A stretch of 64,000 nucleotides of DNA from Nemertoderma westbladi (GCA_032718475.1 JAUCBJ010002096.1:1-64000); one strand, 5' to 3'; shown: positions 45,433-58,521, counted from the stretch's first letter. The notes: generated by a model not told the origin, from the sequence alone. Numbers and translations: made by a program.

Positions 45433-48020
45433 CTAGTTGTACTTAAGTAATGGACAGCACATCATGACATGATGGATGTCTTGGATACCGGTACAACACT
45501 GGCATAGCCATTGATCGTGTGGCACACGGGGCGACTTCCAGCGATCAGTCTCAACTCGAAGACGATGGCACCCATTTCGATAGCGCGTCAGGAGCTGTCT
45601 ATCGATTTCCAGAAGGCAGTTGTCATAGATCGGCTGTTCTAAAGTCAGGTTGACCTCAACGGGTAATGACGGGTAATGCATTAACGTTTGGGTATAATTC
45701 AACCAAGTTAGTGTAATATTTCATAGATTTAATGTTATTACTTCTGGCCAATGCAAATACTATAGCCATAGCGGAAAGGGGTTCTTGCTCTGTGAAACGT
45801 AAACATTTTTTAAAGAATATATATTGCCGCGTTTTTACGCTTATTACAAGTGGTTGAGTACCAGACTCTGCATATAAGATCTCATTCGGGCAAAAGCTGT
45901 TTAGATTAAGCATTAGTTTCAGTGATTGCTTATGTTGCAGTTCTATATCTTTTATGTTGCCATTACCCCAACTTTCACATTCATATAATAAAGTAGAGTC
46001 AATACAAGCCTGCCGCACACATTGTTTAACATATAGTGGAATATATTTATTATTTGTGATGAAGGAGGCAAACTTCACCTCAGTATGATCCCGTTTTGAA
46101 TGCGCATGTAATTTCAAGTCAGCGGCCATTGAGCCTGAGGATGAGAATATTGATCCCAGATAAAGCACTCTACCATTATCAGCGTATTTTGATGATAGTG
46201 TATCTAATCTAGTGTATCTACTGTTTAACTAACAGCCTTACGACAAATAGCAGGACTTTGATTCATTTATTTCTGGTTGTTATCATTGTTATCATGTTAT
46301 TATTGAAGTATTTCACAACCAGGTTACACTTTTCAGTAAACTCTTCCAGATACGTACTAATTACACATGTGTCATCTGCATGCAGCAATGCATGAATCAA
46401 TCCCAACACTGTATCAGGTCTGCATCTAGTGGCTAAGTAATCAAGCAGATCATTTAAAAATAGAATGAAAAGGATCACACTGCTAGGGGCACCTTGTCTG
46501 ATACCTGACAAAATATATAACATTTCGGAAAAGTCTGTCGCAAAGTGTAAGAAAGAGGTAGTTGAAAAATTCAAAGCCTTCAATGCAACAATACCGAAAC
46601 TGTTTAGCTTGTGAAGCATTTTAGCCCTAGAAACCTTGTCAAAGGCTTTTTCGATATCGAAAAATGCTATTTATAGTTTGAATTTCATTTTCTTAGAAAG
46701 TTCGATTAATAACCTGAGAATAAGAATTTGATCCAGGCAACTTTTGCCAGTTTGAAAAAACATCCATTTGACCATATATTATATGGTCATAGATTCCCAC
46801 TAAGAAATCTGCCATCTGAATTCCCCTATAGTTTTTCGGTAATGAGAAGTCACCCTTCTTTAGAAGAAATGTTAACAGAGTCAATAATTTTAGTTGGTAT
46901 ATTATACTAGAAAATATTACATTGAACAAGCAGATTAAGTAAGGAAGTAGAATCAGTATCATACGAGAATGGCATTTCCTAAAGGAAATGCAACCACGAA
47001 GCTAAGGAAAATTAAACATACGGCCACACTTTGGTTCGTTGCTTAGCCTCGTTTAGTAGCAATTGTCAATAATTAACTTCTATTCCCATGGAAACTAGTG
47101 TTCTCTGGAACTGTTGCTTTAACCTTTGAAAAAAAATTCAGTACAGATTGTGGTTCAGATAACACATACCAAGTTTCAGAAAATATTGTAGTTTATGTCC
47201 AAATTACCGATTTTCTATCAAAATGCATCTGTTTGCAGTGGTTGTCATGGAAACTGAAAAATAGAACAATGTAATTCGGATGCAGAATAAGTCATATAGT
47301 GGGGGTAGGGGTTAGTCCCAAGTCATAATACTATTAAATTGTGCTTCAAATTATCATTTTATAAATTTTAACATCTGTTTAGACTTGTTGCTATGGTAAC
47401 TGTATTTTCTAATTAACCTCAAACGGCTTGGATATGGATCTTATAGATGAGTTGCAAAACCCCAAGTTTATATATATTACAGTTTTGCTACAAATAGAGT
47501 TATCAATATAGATTTGAATGATATAGAGTTTAATAAACTACAGTTACCATGGTAACTAAATTTCTGGAATAATTTAAGTTTCACTAAAATCAGTATCATA
47601 CCCTTTAAAGTGTTACCATGGAGATCATATCCACCTTTCTTTGATGTGGGCGCACAAGCCGCATTCACCTCAGTATGAGTAAAAGGATCATCAAGGCATG
47701 GTATATATAATATATATACCACTTGGTTGGATGTCATCTAAGGGTTCACCCGCATCTTGGTTATATAGCACATCAATATGTTGTTCAAACTCTGACATAG
47801 ATGGGCTACTAGTCGGCCGTGATGGTTGAAGAGAGCCCTTCCAGTTGACTTTCTTCCACATCTCCTTCGGATTATTGAGAACATCAACCCATGAGTCTGA
47901 AATAGATCTATGGAAGTCGGATACGTTTGCCGAGTTAAGACGTGACTGTTTTTCTGAGAAGTTTGCAAGTGCTTCTAGGGCCTTGCTAGAGTTAAAACCA
48001 CTCAATGAGTAAACATTGTT
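45433..48020 (-). mobile_element. Decayed LINE ORF2 (CR1/L2/RTEX-group-like RT with C-terminal Cys/His motif)
   Basis: Fragments KKGDFSLPKNYRGI, FFDIEKAFDKVSR, GIRQGAPSSVILFILFLND, LLHADD, YLGSIF, LLYECESWG and RNGCHRLRVETDRW...CQCC...HHVMMCCP, with multiple frameshifts. Confidence 0.85.
46964..47587 (-). mobile_element. Truncated Family 2 element inserted in the LINE
   Basis: Begins cgagaatggcatttcctaaaggaaatgcaaccacgaagctaagg and matches the left ~620 bp of U4/U10. Flanked by a duplicated aatcagtatcata. Confidence 0.92.
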
Positions 48021-48024
48021 CAAA

Positions 48025-49900
48025 TCTTATTGGAGTTAACAAAAAGATCATCACTAGAAGCAGCCTGTTCTAATGAACTAAGGAGCCTTGAGTTGGGCTG
48101 GGCTCCCTCTGGTGATTCTGAGAGTACTCTTAAGTCATCACCAAATTCTAGATCGTTTAGGTACTTGGCTGGATTTCCTCGACTTCTGGAGCCAGTGGTG
48201 GAGTTACCATCACCCCATCATCAATTTGATGATCTAAGGACATGCAAAGAACATAGTCTGCCACAATTATGAATAAGAATAGTGCAAGTGTATCTCCCTG
48301 GAGCACTCCTCATAACACATCGAATGGATCTGTGTCACTGTCAACTGTAGACGCAAATGTGTTTGAACCATTGTATACTGATCTAATTGCTGCAATAATT
48401 TCATCAGGAATCCCATTTAATGAAAGTATGCTGAACATATGTTTGCAAGAGACTGAACCAAATGCAACAAAGACAACAGCCAGATGCCTGTCTTTCTTTT
48501 TTGATAACTCTTCAATTATCCTTAAGTGCCAAAATGGGCTCCATGGTCCCACGACCTTTACGGAACCCATTTTGATTTCCACGGAGCAGTCTCAATATGG
48601 GATCCCTGATGCGATTTAATAGAATTCTATAGTATAGCTTTGCAGCAATCATGGTCAATAAGATTCCCTGAAAAGATCCATAGAATGTTAGGTTGTCCTT
48701 TTTTGGAACAGACACCAACTTATTTGTTTTCATTGTGTCTCATCATTCTGTACATGTCTATTTTCAAAGATGAGGTAAATGAGCTCCTAACAGTGTTATT
48801 TTAAAGATCTCAGGGGGGACCCCATCTACTCCACTAGCACAATTGGTCTTAATGCTAGCAGCCTTCACTTCTGCAAAAGAGATATCGCAGTTGGAATATC
48901 TGGGAGAAAAGTTATCAGGCAATACCATGTCATTATTGAGGAGCTTCTCAAAGTGGGCCTTCCAACCATTGAGGTGATTGGCTGGTGATTTTGCCTTAAC
49001 ATTGGTGGTTGTTTGGCTTTTCCACCCAGTAAGCAAGTTGATCGATTTCCATGCATGGGATAATTGCCTGCTGTTGTCAGCATCATTGATGGCATCAACC
49101 TGTTGGTTTATAAGAGTATTAGCTTAGATTATCAGAGTACTGCCTGTTCAGGGACCTAGATGCAGCATTAACTGCATGTTGTAGTCCGTTTGAGTCAGGA
49201 CTCTTTATGCGCCTTAAAGAGGTCCTTGCAGCACTTCTGAATTCTGTGGTCAGGCCAGGGGGCCTTTTTCCTGTTACGAGGGTATACAGGAACTGTTTCT
49301 AACTTAAATTACCTTAACTTACTTACTTACTTATCTTAGATTCTAACTTAACTGCTTCTCTGAACGCAGTATAACCCTCGCAGTACTATGCCACCTCAGA
49401 GGCAAGAGCCTCATACCTGTTGCTCTGCTGTAAATTGAAGCTGGAAGAGAGAAGACTGTTGCAACAGAGAAGACCAGTCATAATATGTGCTAGCGCACAG
49501 ACTAAGTTTTACATTAGCCACAATAAGGCAGTGATCACTGGAGAATGGTCTAAGTGTAAATACATTACAGTATTGAATAGAATTCCTGTACTTCCTAATA
49601 AACAGAATGTAGTCTATCTGGGACTTGTGTCCACTGGGTCCACAACGAGTCCATAGCTTTCCAGTTCTCTTCTTGAACAGGGTTCCAGCCTAAAACAATA
49701 CAAATTAGTAGGTAGAAATTTTCCACCCTACTGGGGCAATACTAGTTGGAGAATAGCACACGATCAGAACCACCTTGGGAACTTCTTAGCCAGTCTTCGA
49801 GAACATGAGAAGTGGCATAATGGATGATGCGGTTAGAGATTTGGTCTATTTTGTCCAATGCTGCATGTGCAGTTGTTAACTCTCCAAAATCCTTTCAAAA
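48025..49900 (-). mobile_element. Decayed RTE-clade-like LINE (endonuclease end plus RT)
   Basis: Fragments DHSPV, GVDGVPPEIFK, VPKKDNL, IAAKLYYRILLNRI...NQNGFRKGR, GIPDEII, GVLQGDTLA.FLFIIV.DYVL and PAKYLNDLEFGDD. The right boundary is approximate. Confidence 0.8.
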
Positions 49901-50685
49901 ATATTATGCGGATCATTTATAATTTTAGGTGTATTTCTCTTTAGCAACATGTATTAGTTTTACTTACCAAGAAGGTAACTATTTATGGGGTTTCTCCAAA
50001 TTACAGACAAAATTAGTCAAATGAATATCGATTGCATGAATTGGAGTGCATTTTTACTGTATTTATTCCTGTAGTACGTACCAAACATAGCATACATTTA
50101 TTTCAATCTGTTGTCCATGTGAGATTGAATTATAATTAATTAATACTTTTATTCATGAGTCAAATGCCCCAAACTCAGCTAATACATATAATTAGCCAAC
50201 CAATTTACTCATACAATATGTACTGTACTGTTTCTATTTCTAATCCCGAATAAGTATAACTAATATACAATACATGTGGTAATAATCAATAAACACCAAG
50301 GGTGTCTCTCACATACATTCATACAAGCCTCTGAATTACTAATCCGTTGGATATGGTTCTGAGGATACGATCCTTGATTCACTGTTTCAGAATTTCCCTC
50401 CTCAAGGCATTACAAAATGTACTTCTTTATTGTTTATGCGATCTCACCTTCCTTCGATCTTATATAAATTATTTTATCTCATTATGCTGTTATGAACATA
50501 ACCCCCCCCCCCCTTTCCAATGCGCAATGGTTTAAAAATAGAAAACAGTTCGTTCATTCTTGGGATAACAGTGGACGAAACTTTTTCCAAGATGAGTCTT
50601 GAGTCTACAATTCTTCATCATTCTTTGGTATATGGCCAATAACGAATAACAGCTTCCTTTCAACTTCATTTTTTTTGTTCTTGCA

Positions 50686-50740
50686 CTTAGAGCGACAGAC
50701 TTCCAACCCGGAGGTCACCAGTTCGATCACAACTGGACTT
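50686..50740 (+). other. Possible tRNA-derived SINE head remnant
   Basis: ttagagcg..acagacttccaacccggaggtcaccagttcgatc resembles a D-arm end, anticodon arm and T-loop/B-box. No acceptor stem. Confidence 0.3.
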
Positions 50741-51368
50741 TATTGCCGATTTTGCAAAACTTTGCCTGACGAATGTTATAATATTGATAATAATTGGCAT
50801 TCAAATACGTCCTAACTGAGAATCGTGATAGATGATAACATTGATGGTGTTGTTTATACAAAGTGAACCCAAATTCTTATACTCACACATTGAAATTTGC
50901 AGATAATTTTTGCGCAGTCTATTAACAAGTATTATTAACAGGTTCGTTTCCCAAATCTATGCTACTTCTTTGAATCCTAATTGTTTTTAGAACATCAATA
51001 CACTATCAAAATTTTCAAAATCGTCATTTTAATTGATAATTTTGATAACTTTGATAGTGTACCAAATGCATATTCAAAAGTTCCAAAATAAGAAGAAAAA
51101 AGAATAAAAAACCGGTGTGAAACCGCTGTCACGGTACAAACCGGTGTGACAATAAAAAGTAACAAATTATATGACCACATGTACAGCTTGATTAACAGCT
51201 GTAAATAGGAAGTGTCATCGTTTTTCTTCCAACCCCTTAGTGCAAACGTATGCAATATCATCTATTTTAGTATTTATCAGTAAATTTTCAGACAGAGAAT
51301 ATAAAATGTTATATTCCCCTTATTTTGTTATTTATAAAATATCATTTACTTTCAGCGTTTGGTCCACA

Positions 51369-51556
51369 ATGGATGTGAATTCTACTATTGGTTTGGCTAT
51401 ACAAACTGATATACATGATATTGAATCGAATTCTGGGTTAAAGTTTAGTCTACCAGTAACTGTGATAATTGGATTTGCTATGGGATTTCTAAGTGTATTT
51501 ACGACATTGGGAAACTCACTGGTGCTAGTGGCATTCGCAAAAGATGACAAACTGAG
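51369..51556 (+). CDS. First coding exon of a rhodopsin-family (class A) GPCR, aminergic-like (histamine H3/muscarinic-like N-terminus, TM1, ICL1)
   Basis: MDVNST (N-glycosylation sequon)...VIIGFAMGFLSVFTTLGNSLVLVAFAKDDKLR contains the TM1 GNxLV and ICL1 LR motifs. Acceptor tttactttcag| at 51355 and donor AG|gtaagt at 51556/51557 (phase 2). The next exon was not found in the window. Confidence 0.85.
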
Positions 51557-54069
51557 GTAAGTTTGATCCCAATTAATTAACAATTATCTAATGACTCAAA
51601 CCTAACTTGCACGCCCCCAACAACCAAATAGACAGTTGTATGATGAAAATGAGAGGTGATAGTATTATGATACAAAAATTGACCTTTGAAAATATATTGG
51701 AAAGAAAGTTACAATTATTGCATATATCTAATTTTGGTCTTTACAATTTGAAATGCTCATGCTCCACTAAAAGTAAAGTAAAGGAAAGTTTTATTCGGCT
51801 GTTATGTAAGGGATTACGCACAAAGTCTTACCCCTTACGATTTATTTTCAGTGCGGTAACCCCAGAGCTACGTTATAGTCCCCTGAGGAAGCTGGTACTC
51901 ATTTAGTTAACATTTAAGGGCGGAAAGCAAAGGTGCATCCTGGCCGCCCTGGCTAGTCCCTTTATTTGTGACAAAACGAAAAGTAGCTTTTCATGGATCA
52001 CAACGAATTATTATAAGTTTCATTCGACTCATAAGAGCCGACTGTTAAGTTCTGTTCATGTAACAATGTGATTTGTAAGGAATTGTTGGATAATAAAATA
52101 CAAAATATATACAACGTTGTTATAAGAAAATCAATATTCATGGCTGGAAGGGGCGGGGGGGGGGGGGGGGGGGGGGTGTTTGGGCAGAATTCCTTATTAC
52201 ATATTTGCCCCATTGTAGCCTTCTTAGACCAAAAATATTTCAAATTTAATTTAAACCCAACTATAAATATTAAAGAATAAAATACAAATTTTAGTGTTGC
52301 AAAATACGTGGATGTTAATAATATCGCACAACTGTACGTTATTCATAAACGCAGTAATTAAAATAAAAATTTCATTTTAGTTTTTTGTACATGAAAATTA
52401 GATTTGAATTCTATTAAATATTGTAATAGATTTTTTATGGATCATAAGTTTATACTATTAATAAATTACATAATATCAATATTACTATTACTTAGTATAA
52501 CTTATTGAAGATACGCCGCGATTACGAATACGAATATAAAATAAGTATTAATTAATTTAAGTTATTACAAAATTGGACACTGCGGGTCACATTACATAAT
52601 TATCAATTATCTGGCATCACCAAAACTTTACAAATGCTTTAAACCACTACAACGTCACTAAAAATAAAATAACAAAAGTATCTGAATATCGGCCTAGCAA
52701 TATCTATAAGTTTAAATTAACCAAAGAGTTGCATTATTATGTAATGCCTCTATGGAATCCATCTTTAAGAGAATTTCAGCCAAAAGGCACTTCTCGGTCG
52801 GCCATGGGCAAGTCGTAGACATTACGGTTGGTCGCTAGTGAGCCAATTTGGAGCTTTAGCTCCAATGGAATTTCGGATCGAGATCATTCATAGTGCGATC
52901 AAGGAGGGAAGGTGGGTCATTCTTCACAGTATTTCAAATCCTGGCATCAATCACTTTTGCCACAAGATGACGCCGTCGCTGGGATACAAACTATCTGTAC
53001 AAATGTTTGCTAGCTGTACCAGTGGTGGCTAATTGGATGAAACAGTACCCACTACCCAGGTATGAATTTTACCGAAATAACGGTAAATTTGCGTAAATTG
53101 AGATTTTTCTCGCTCTTTTATTTACACCCGGAAGTTGGGTCTTTTAGGCTTAGTGGTGAAATTAGGAACTGTTGCGCTTGAGTATAACTACAACGTATTA
53201 TATTATCAAGTGTATTATATTTATCACCGATTTTCGGAGTCGAAAATTTGATAGATTACGTATCGATTATCTAGAACTTAATATAATAGTCTCTTCGTGA
53301 TATTTGCAAGTCAGTGGCTGAAGTGTTGATTTTGGGCTAAAATTTATACTTCGTGCACCAAATTGGCGTGGATAAGACAACAAATTTAAAAAAACAAATG
53401 GATCAAAATTCTTAAAATTCCACATACTATAAATGGACAAAATTTCAGAAGATATAATTATAATTAAGTAATAAAACGCTATGTGTGAGGTCCTTTTTCT
53501 ATACTTGTTGTCACGCATGCGCCCGGTGTGGGAGAATCCTCCCTGAGGATCCCCCCCCCCCCCCCCCCAAGGTATGGTTTGGTTTTCTAAGGAACTGCAT
53601 GGCATATCCGGCAATGGCAGCAGACTATGATAATCAATAGTTGGACAAAAGTTAGACATTATTATATTATCTGCTTATTAGTAAGTGAGTATAATGAATG
53701 AATCAATGAATGGACCGTGCTGGTTTCATTAAAACTAATGGATTATCCAGCATCAGTGTTAATAAGGTATTCATTTCATAATAAAGCAGATCATGCAGTA
53801 TCCATCCAACTGCTAATTATAAAATCAATGGACTTTGCCATTTCAATCACTGGAGTAATTAAATGCCTCCGGGAGTTGCACACCATTTGTACTGTTCATT
53901 GAAGCGTTTAGTTTCATATGGCTGGCTACCTGTGAGTGAATTTATTGTGATATTTATTATAATATAAGGAATAATCGTTATAATATCAAACAGAAATAGG
54001 TAGATGAAAAGTTCGGAGTTTTTATTAATTATAAAATTACGGTCCTATAAAATAAGTATAAGGTCCTAC

Positions 54070-54180
54070 TAAACTCCCAAAAGAACCCAAAAAACCTAAA
54101 AGAACTAAATAGAACCCAAAAGAATCCAATAGAACCCAAAAGAACCCAAAAACAGCCAAAAAACCCAAAAGAATCAAATA
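54070..54180. repeat. ~10-bp tandem repeat (aaagaaccca)n
   Basis: Read directly. Confidence 0.85.
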
Positions 54181-54345
54181 GGCGTATATAATGCAATTTG
54201 TTATGCCAATTCGTTCAACCTGACTGTATTCAATAATCTGACAGCATAAAATCACTGAATATTTATAGCATGAATTATAGCACAATACTAATGAATCACA
54301 CAATTTTAAGCACATTAGTTAAAGTTTGTAAGTTAATTTCGGCAT

Positions 54346-54551
54346 TATACTGGCTTCTGGTCCGCGGACCAATGTATAATGTAATCATGTGTAATCATAT
54401 GTACAATAAAATAATAATAACAATGAAGTAATTCAATGTTTATTGTTTTGGTTCCCCCAACAAGCCACTGTAACCTGCTCCTTTACTAACCTGCTCATTT
54501 AAATGGCTTTGCCGGAAAACGTATTTGGTCCGCGGACCAAATACCAGTATA
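54346..54551. mobile_element. ~205 bp MITE-like element with palindrome-containing terminal inverted repeats
   Basis: Left tatactggcttctggtccgcggaccaa and right ttggtccgcggaccaaataccagtata are reverse complements with 3 mismatches. Confidence 0.7.
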
Positions 54552-54624
54552 TGGCCTTAATTTCTGCCCTATATGTATCCCCTATAGTACAGCGTTGCAA
54601 ATGTCCTATCAGTGCATGTCAGCT

Positions 54625-54790
54625 CTCCATCGACGAATCCCAGGGTGTGCCTTGATCGCCGGCCGCCACGAAGGTACAGTGAACTCTTCTGGAGGAGCAC
54701 AAACTGCAGACGCCGCCTCACTCCTCCCACAACTCTTTCAAGGCCCCTCTCCCACGCGGCCTTGGTGTAAAGCGACGGCAGCCTTGATGA
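54625..54790 (-). mobile_element. Short diverged 3' fragment of a CRE-like element
   Basis: The translation VVGGVRRRLQFVLLQKSSLYLRGGRRSRHTLGFVDG matches VLGGVRRRLQFALLRSNSLCLRGGRQSWRALGFGDG at ~37010-37140. Confidence 0.8.
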
Positions 54791-55482
54791 ACGTTGATGA
54801 CTTTGATTCTTCCATCGTCTTATAAACAGCCCCGGATCAGGGTCACTTATTTCCCTTTGACCTGAAAGGGTCCCACCATGGATTCGAGTAGGTCCACTAA
54901 TACCTTCAGCGGCCTTCATCGCGTCAATTTAGTTAGTTACTAGTATAGTTAATAGTTATTGGTATGTTGAAATATAAATATGCTAATCAAAATTTGTCAA
55001 CTCCTAGCGGTTCATACAGTAAGTAAACATTAAAAAGTGCAGACGTGTTGAACGTGTTTATATACTGTAGTTTACTAAAAATAGTCCTGTCTTTTTATCA
55101 TTCGACCAGATGACGTTTTAATTTGTTGTAATCCTTTTCCTGGGCCAATGATTCGTGGTAGAGTTTACGAAAATATATATATTATAATGTTCAATCATAT
55201 TACTGTACAACTAACAGCGCTGACCGTTGATAATACAGCTACAGTATTTACTGAATAAGTTAAAGTAAAATTAATATGTTAAAGATATTATAATTTGCTA
55301 CAATATGTCGGTTGTATTGTCGGCCTAAGTTAAAGTACGTCGATATTAACAGAGCTCGTTCAGCCATTGATAATAATATTTTCAACCAATAATGCCATCA
55401 ACAAATGCTGTAGATAGATTGAAATCCCGCTAAAAAAAGTTGTAATTTTATTACCAGTATTATTTAGCCAATCAAAGTAAAG

Positions 55483-56333
55483 TTAGTAAGTCGTTCGCAC
55501 GAGTTAGTAAGTCGTTCGCACGCGTTAGTTAAGTCGTCCGCACGACTTAGTATGTCGTTCTCACGACTTAGTAAGTCGTTCGCACGAGTTAGTAAGTCGT
55601 TCGCTCGCGTTAGTATGTCGTTCGCACGAGTTCGTTAAGTCGTTCGCACGACTTAGTAAGTCGTTCGCACGACTTAGTAAGTCGTTCGCACGACTTAGTA
55701 CGTCGTTCGCACGACATACTAAGTCGTTCGCACGACATACTAAGTCGTTCGCACGACATACTAAGTCGTTCGCACGACGTAGTAAGTCGTTCGCACGACT
55801 TAGTAAGTCGTTCGCACGAGTTAGTAAGTCGTTCGCACGACATACTAAGTCGTTCGCACGACGTAGTAAGTCGTTCGCACGACTTAGTAAGTCGTTCGCA
55901 CGAGTTAGTAAGTCGTTCGCTCGCGTTAGTAAGTCGTTCGCTCGCGTTAGTTAAGTCGTTCGCACGACTTAGTATGTCGTTCTCACGACTTAGTAAGTCG
56001 TTCGCACGAGTTAGTAAGTCGTTCGCTCGCGTTAGTATGTCGTTCGCACGAGTTCGTTAAGTCGTTCGCACGACTTAGTAAGTCGTTCGCACGACTTAGT
56101 AAGTCGTTCGCACGACTTAGTACGTCGTTCGCACGACATACTAAGTCGTTCGCACGACATACTAAGTCGTTCGCACGACATACTAAGTCGTTCGCACGAC
56201 GTAGTATGTCGTTCGCACGAGTTCGTTAAGTCGTTCGCACGAGCTAGTTAAGTCGTTCGCACGACTTAGTAAGTCGTTCGCACGACATACTAAGTCATTC
56301 GCACGACATACTAAGTCATTCGCACGAGTTAGC
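55483..56333. repeat. 21-bp hairpin minisatellite (ttagtaagtcgttcgcacgac), ~40 copies, with a ~420 bp higher-order duplication
   Basis: Read directly. Each unit contains the inverted repeat taagtcgt-tcgc-acgactta. Confidence 0.95.
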
Positions 56334-56799
56334 GAAAATAAATAATTTTTTTTTCTCATGTCCCTTTAGGGGCTCCGTACCTGACTGAGCATAATTAATA
56401 TTAAATTAAATAATTAATTTTTTATTTTAATTCAAATTAACTTATTGTGTCAGAAGGTCTAATTGTTGGGTGATTATACATAAGCGAGCATGCATGCGTA
56501 ACATTTATTGGTTCCATGAGTGTCGTTGATCTCCACCTCCACTACTCTTCACCTCCATTGACTTAGCTAAAGAGTCAAGGGACTTGACTATATTCGTGGC
56601 TCTTTGGGAACGTTATCGATATTCATAACCGTTCTAGAATAAAGTTTCATAACCGTATCTGAGCGTACTATATTGCCCTCTTTATTTTCGTATGCGTAAT
56701 AATATGTTATCTTAATTAGCTAAATGATGGGTTTGTCAGATCGCACCAACAAACTATTATTTCAGTTTAAAATTTCCTTCAAAAGTATGTAAGTGTAGT

Positions 56800-57340
56800 G
56801 TTACGTCATTTTTGGTGCACCAAAATTAGGGCGTGGCACTTCAAATTTTCAAAATTTCAATATTCGTTAAATACTCGAAAGTTTTGATTTCAACGCATTT
56901 TATGGGTTTTCTGGCCCGCTGAATCGATTGAAAATAATATAGAAGCCTCAATTCTTAGTGGTGCATCATTTTTGGTGCGCCAAAATTAGGGCGTGGCAAG
57001 TAGGCCTACTTCAAATTTTCAACATTTTTCAAAGTTTTCATTTCAACCCATTCTTATAAGTTATATTGACCGCCGAATCGAAAGATAGGAATATAGAAGC
57101 CTCAAGTTTTAGTGGTACGTCATTATTGGTACACCAATATTAGGGCGTGGTACTTTTTCAAAATTAGAATAAGTGCTACTCCCAAATTTTGGTGCACCAA
57201 AAATGTCGAACCACTAAGTCTTCCGGTTTTCAGCGGTCGAGAAAACCTATACAAATTCGTTGAAATCAAAACTTGGCGGCATTTTCGGAATATTGTATTT
57301 TTCAAAATTTGAAGTGCAACGCAGGTGCACGAAAAATAGC
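56800..57340. repeat. Direct and inverted ~155 bp subrepeats (core tttggtgcaccaaa), probably a non-autonomous DNA element relic
   Basis: catttttggtgcaccaaaattagggcgtgg occurs at ~56807, 56967 and 57121, with inverted copies at ~57185 and 57310. Confidence 0.6.
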
Positions 57341-58249
57341 AACCTGTTCAATTTTCGGAAATGGAATATAATGACATTCGATTCAGCATAGTGAAAAATC
57401 TACTAACGCTAGCCAACAATGCCACACTATTAGTTTTTAGAATATCAAAAAATTATATATTTTGTCCTGCGACTACTTCTATTTTTCATGAAAATTATTA
57501 TGTCCACCTTATGAAATTTTAATTTTTTTGGATTTGAAAATGTTCTTCGATAATTTTTTCACCTACAGCCCAAATTTCGTAGGATTTCATTGGATGATTA
57601 CTAAAATACAGTGGGGGGGGGGAGGGAGAATCGACCCCCGATTGTTGTGACTGCCTGTTGAGAAAGCAATCTGACTACTGAAGCGAAAGCCACCGATCTT
57701 CAGACGGTCGCGTCGTCAGCTTTTTTTACATTTTGTACGGTACACATACATAATATTCTACTTAACTTGCTTACTTAATTAAATTCCATCAAATAACCAG
57801 GCAAACGTTCTCCAATCATTTAACTACATGTTGCACTTATCATGTATCATCTGCCTATATAGTAAATAGTGTCAGGTTTGGTGATCCTCAACTAGGTTAT
57901 ATAACCGGTTCCACTGTGTTCTATAGACATTCATTTCTTATTTCCGTTATCTAGGTTGTGCCAGTATTTTTTTAAATAAGGTAACCTGTTATGTGTCGGT
58001 CTAATGAGTTTCAACGGGATACTTATTGTCAATTTTCGTATCTCTAATGAGCAGATCGACATGGACAACATCTAATGATGTGCCAATCTGTCACCCCAGG
58101 CTAATTTATATAACCCGCCCTTTTTATGATCGAATTTAGTATAGCTTTTGGAATACAATTCAAGCCATTCATTATGACTATGTGATAGTTGTGTTCCTGG
58201 GAACTTAGATATTATCTGAAATTTATCAAATACATAAATTAGAAAATAA

Positions 58250-58521
58250 TTAGAAGACCGTTAGGGCTTATTGCTGTCAAAAATAACGTCTGTTTGTTTG
58301 TTTGTTTGTCTGTCTGTATGTTTGTGCACATTCATACATCCTATAAATTTTTTGGTAAAGTCTGATTTCACCGGTACCTATGGTACCAATGATTGATTAT
58401 GATATATTGTTGGATGCAGTTCACCAAACTGTACAATCACATTAAAAAATAAATCCGATAATCGGTGCTCAAGATATCATCAAATTACATTCAATTAGAA
58501 GACCTTTAGGCCTTACTTGTT
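58250..58521 (+). mobile_element. DINE-1/HINE-like short element
   Basis: Starts ttagaagaccgttagggcttatt, contains a (GTTT/GTCT)n microsatellite, and ends ttagaagacctttaggccttacttgtt (DINE-like ...CTTGTT end). Confidence 0.55.

Noticed and set aside
55483-56333. CRISPR-like palindromic short repeats (also considered for 39150-40530 and 62040-64000)
   Set aside because: The units are directly adjacent with no unique spacers, so these are minisatellites.
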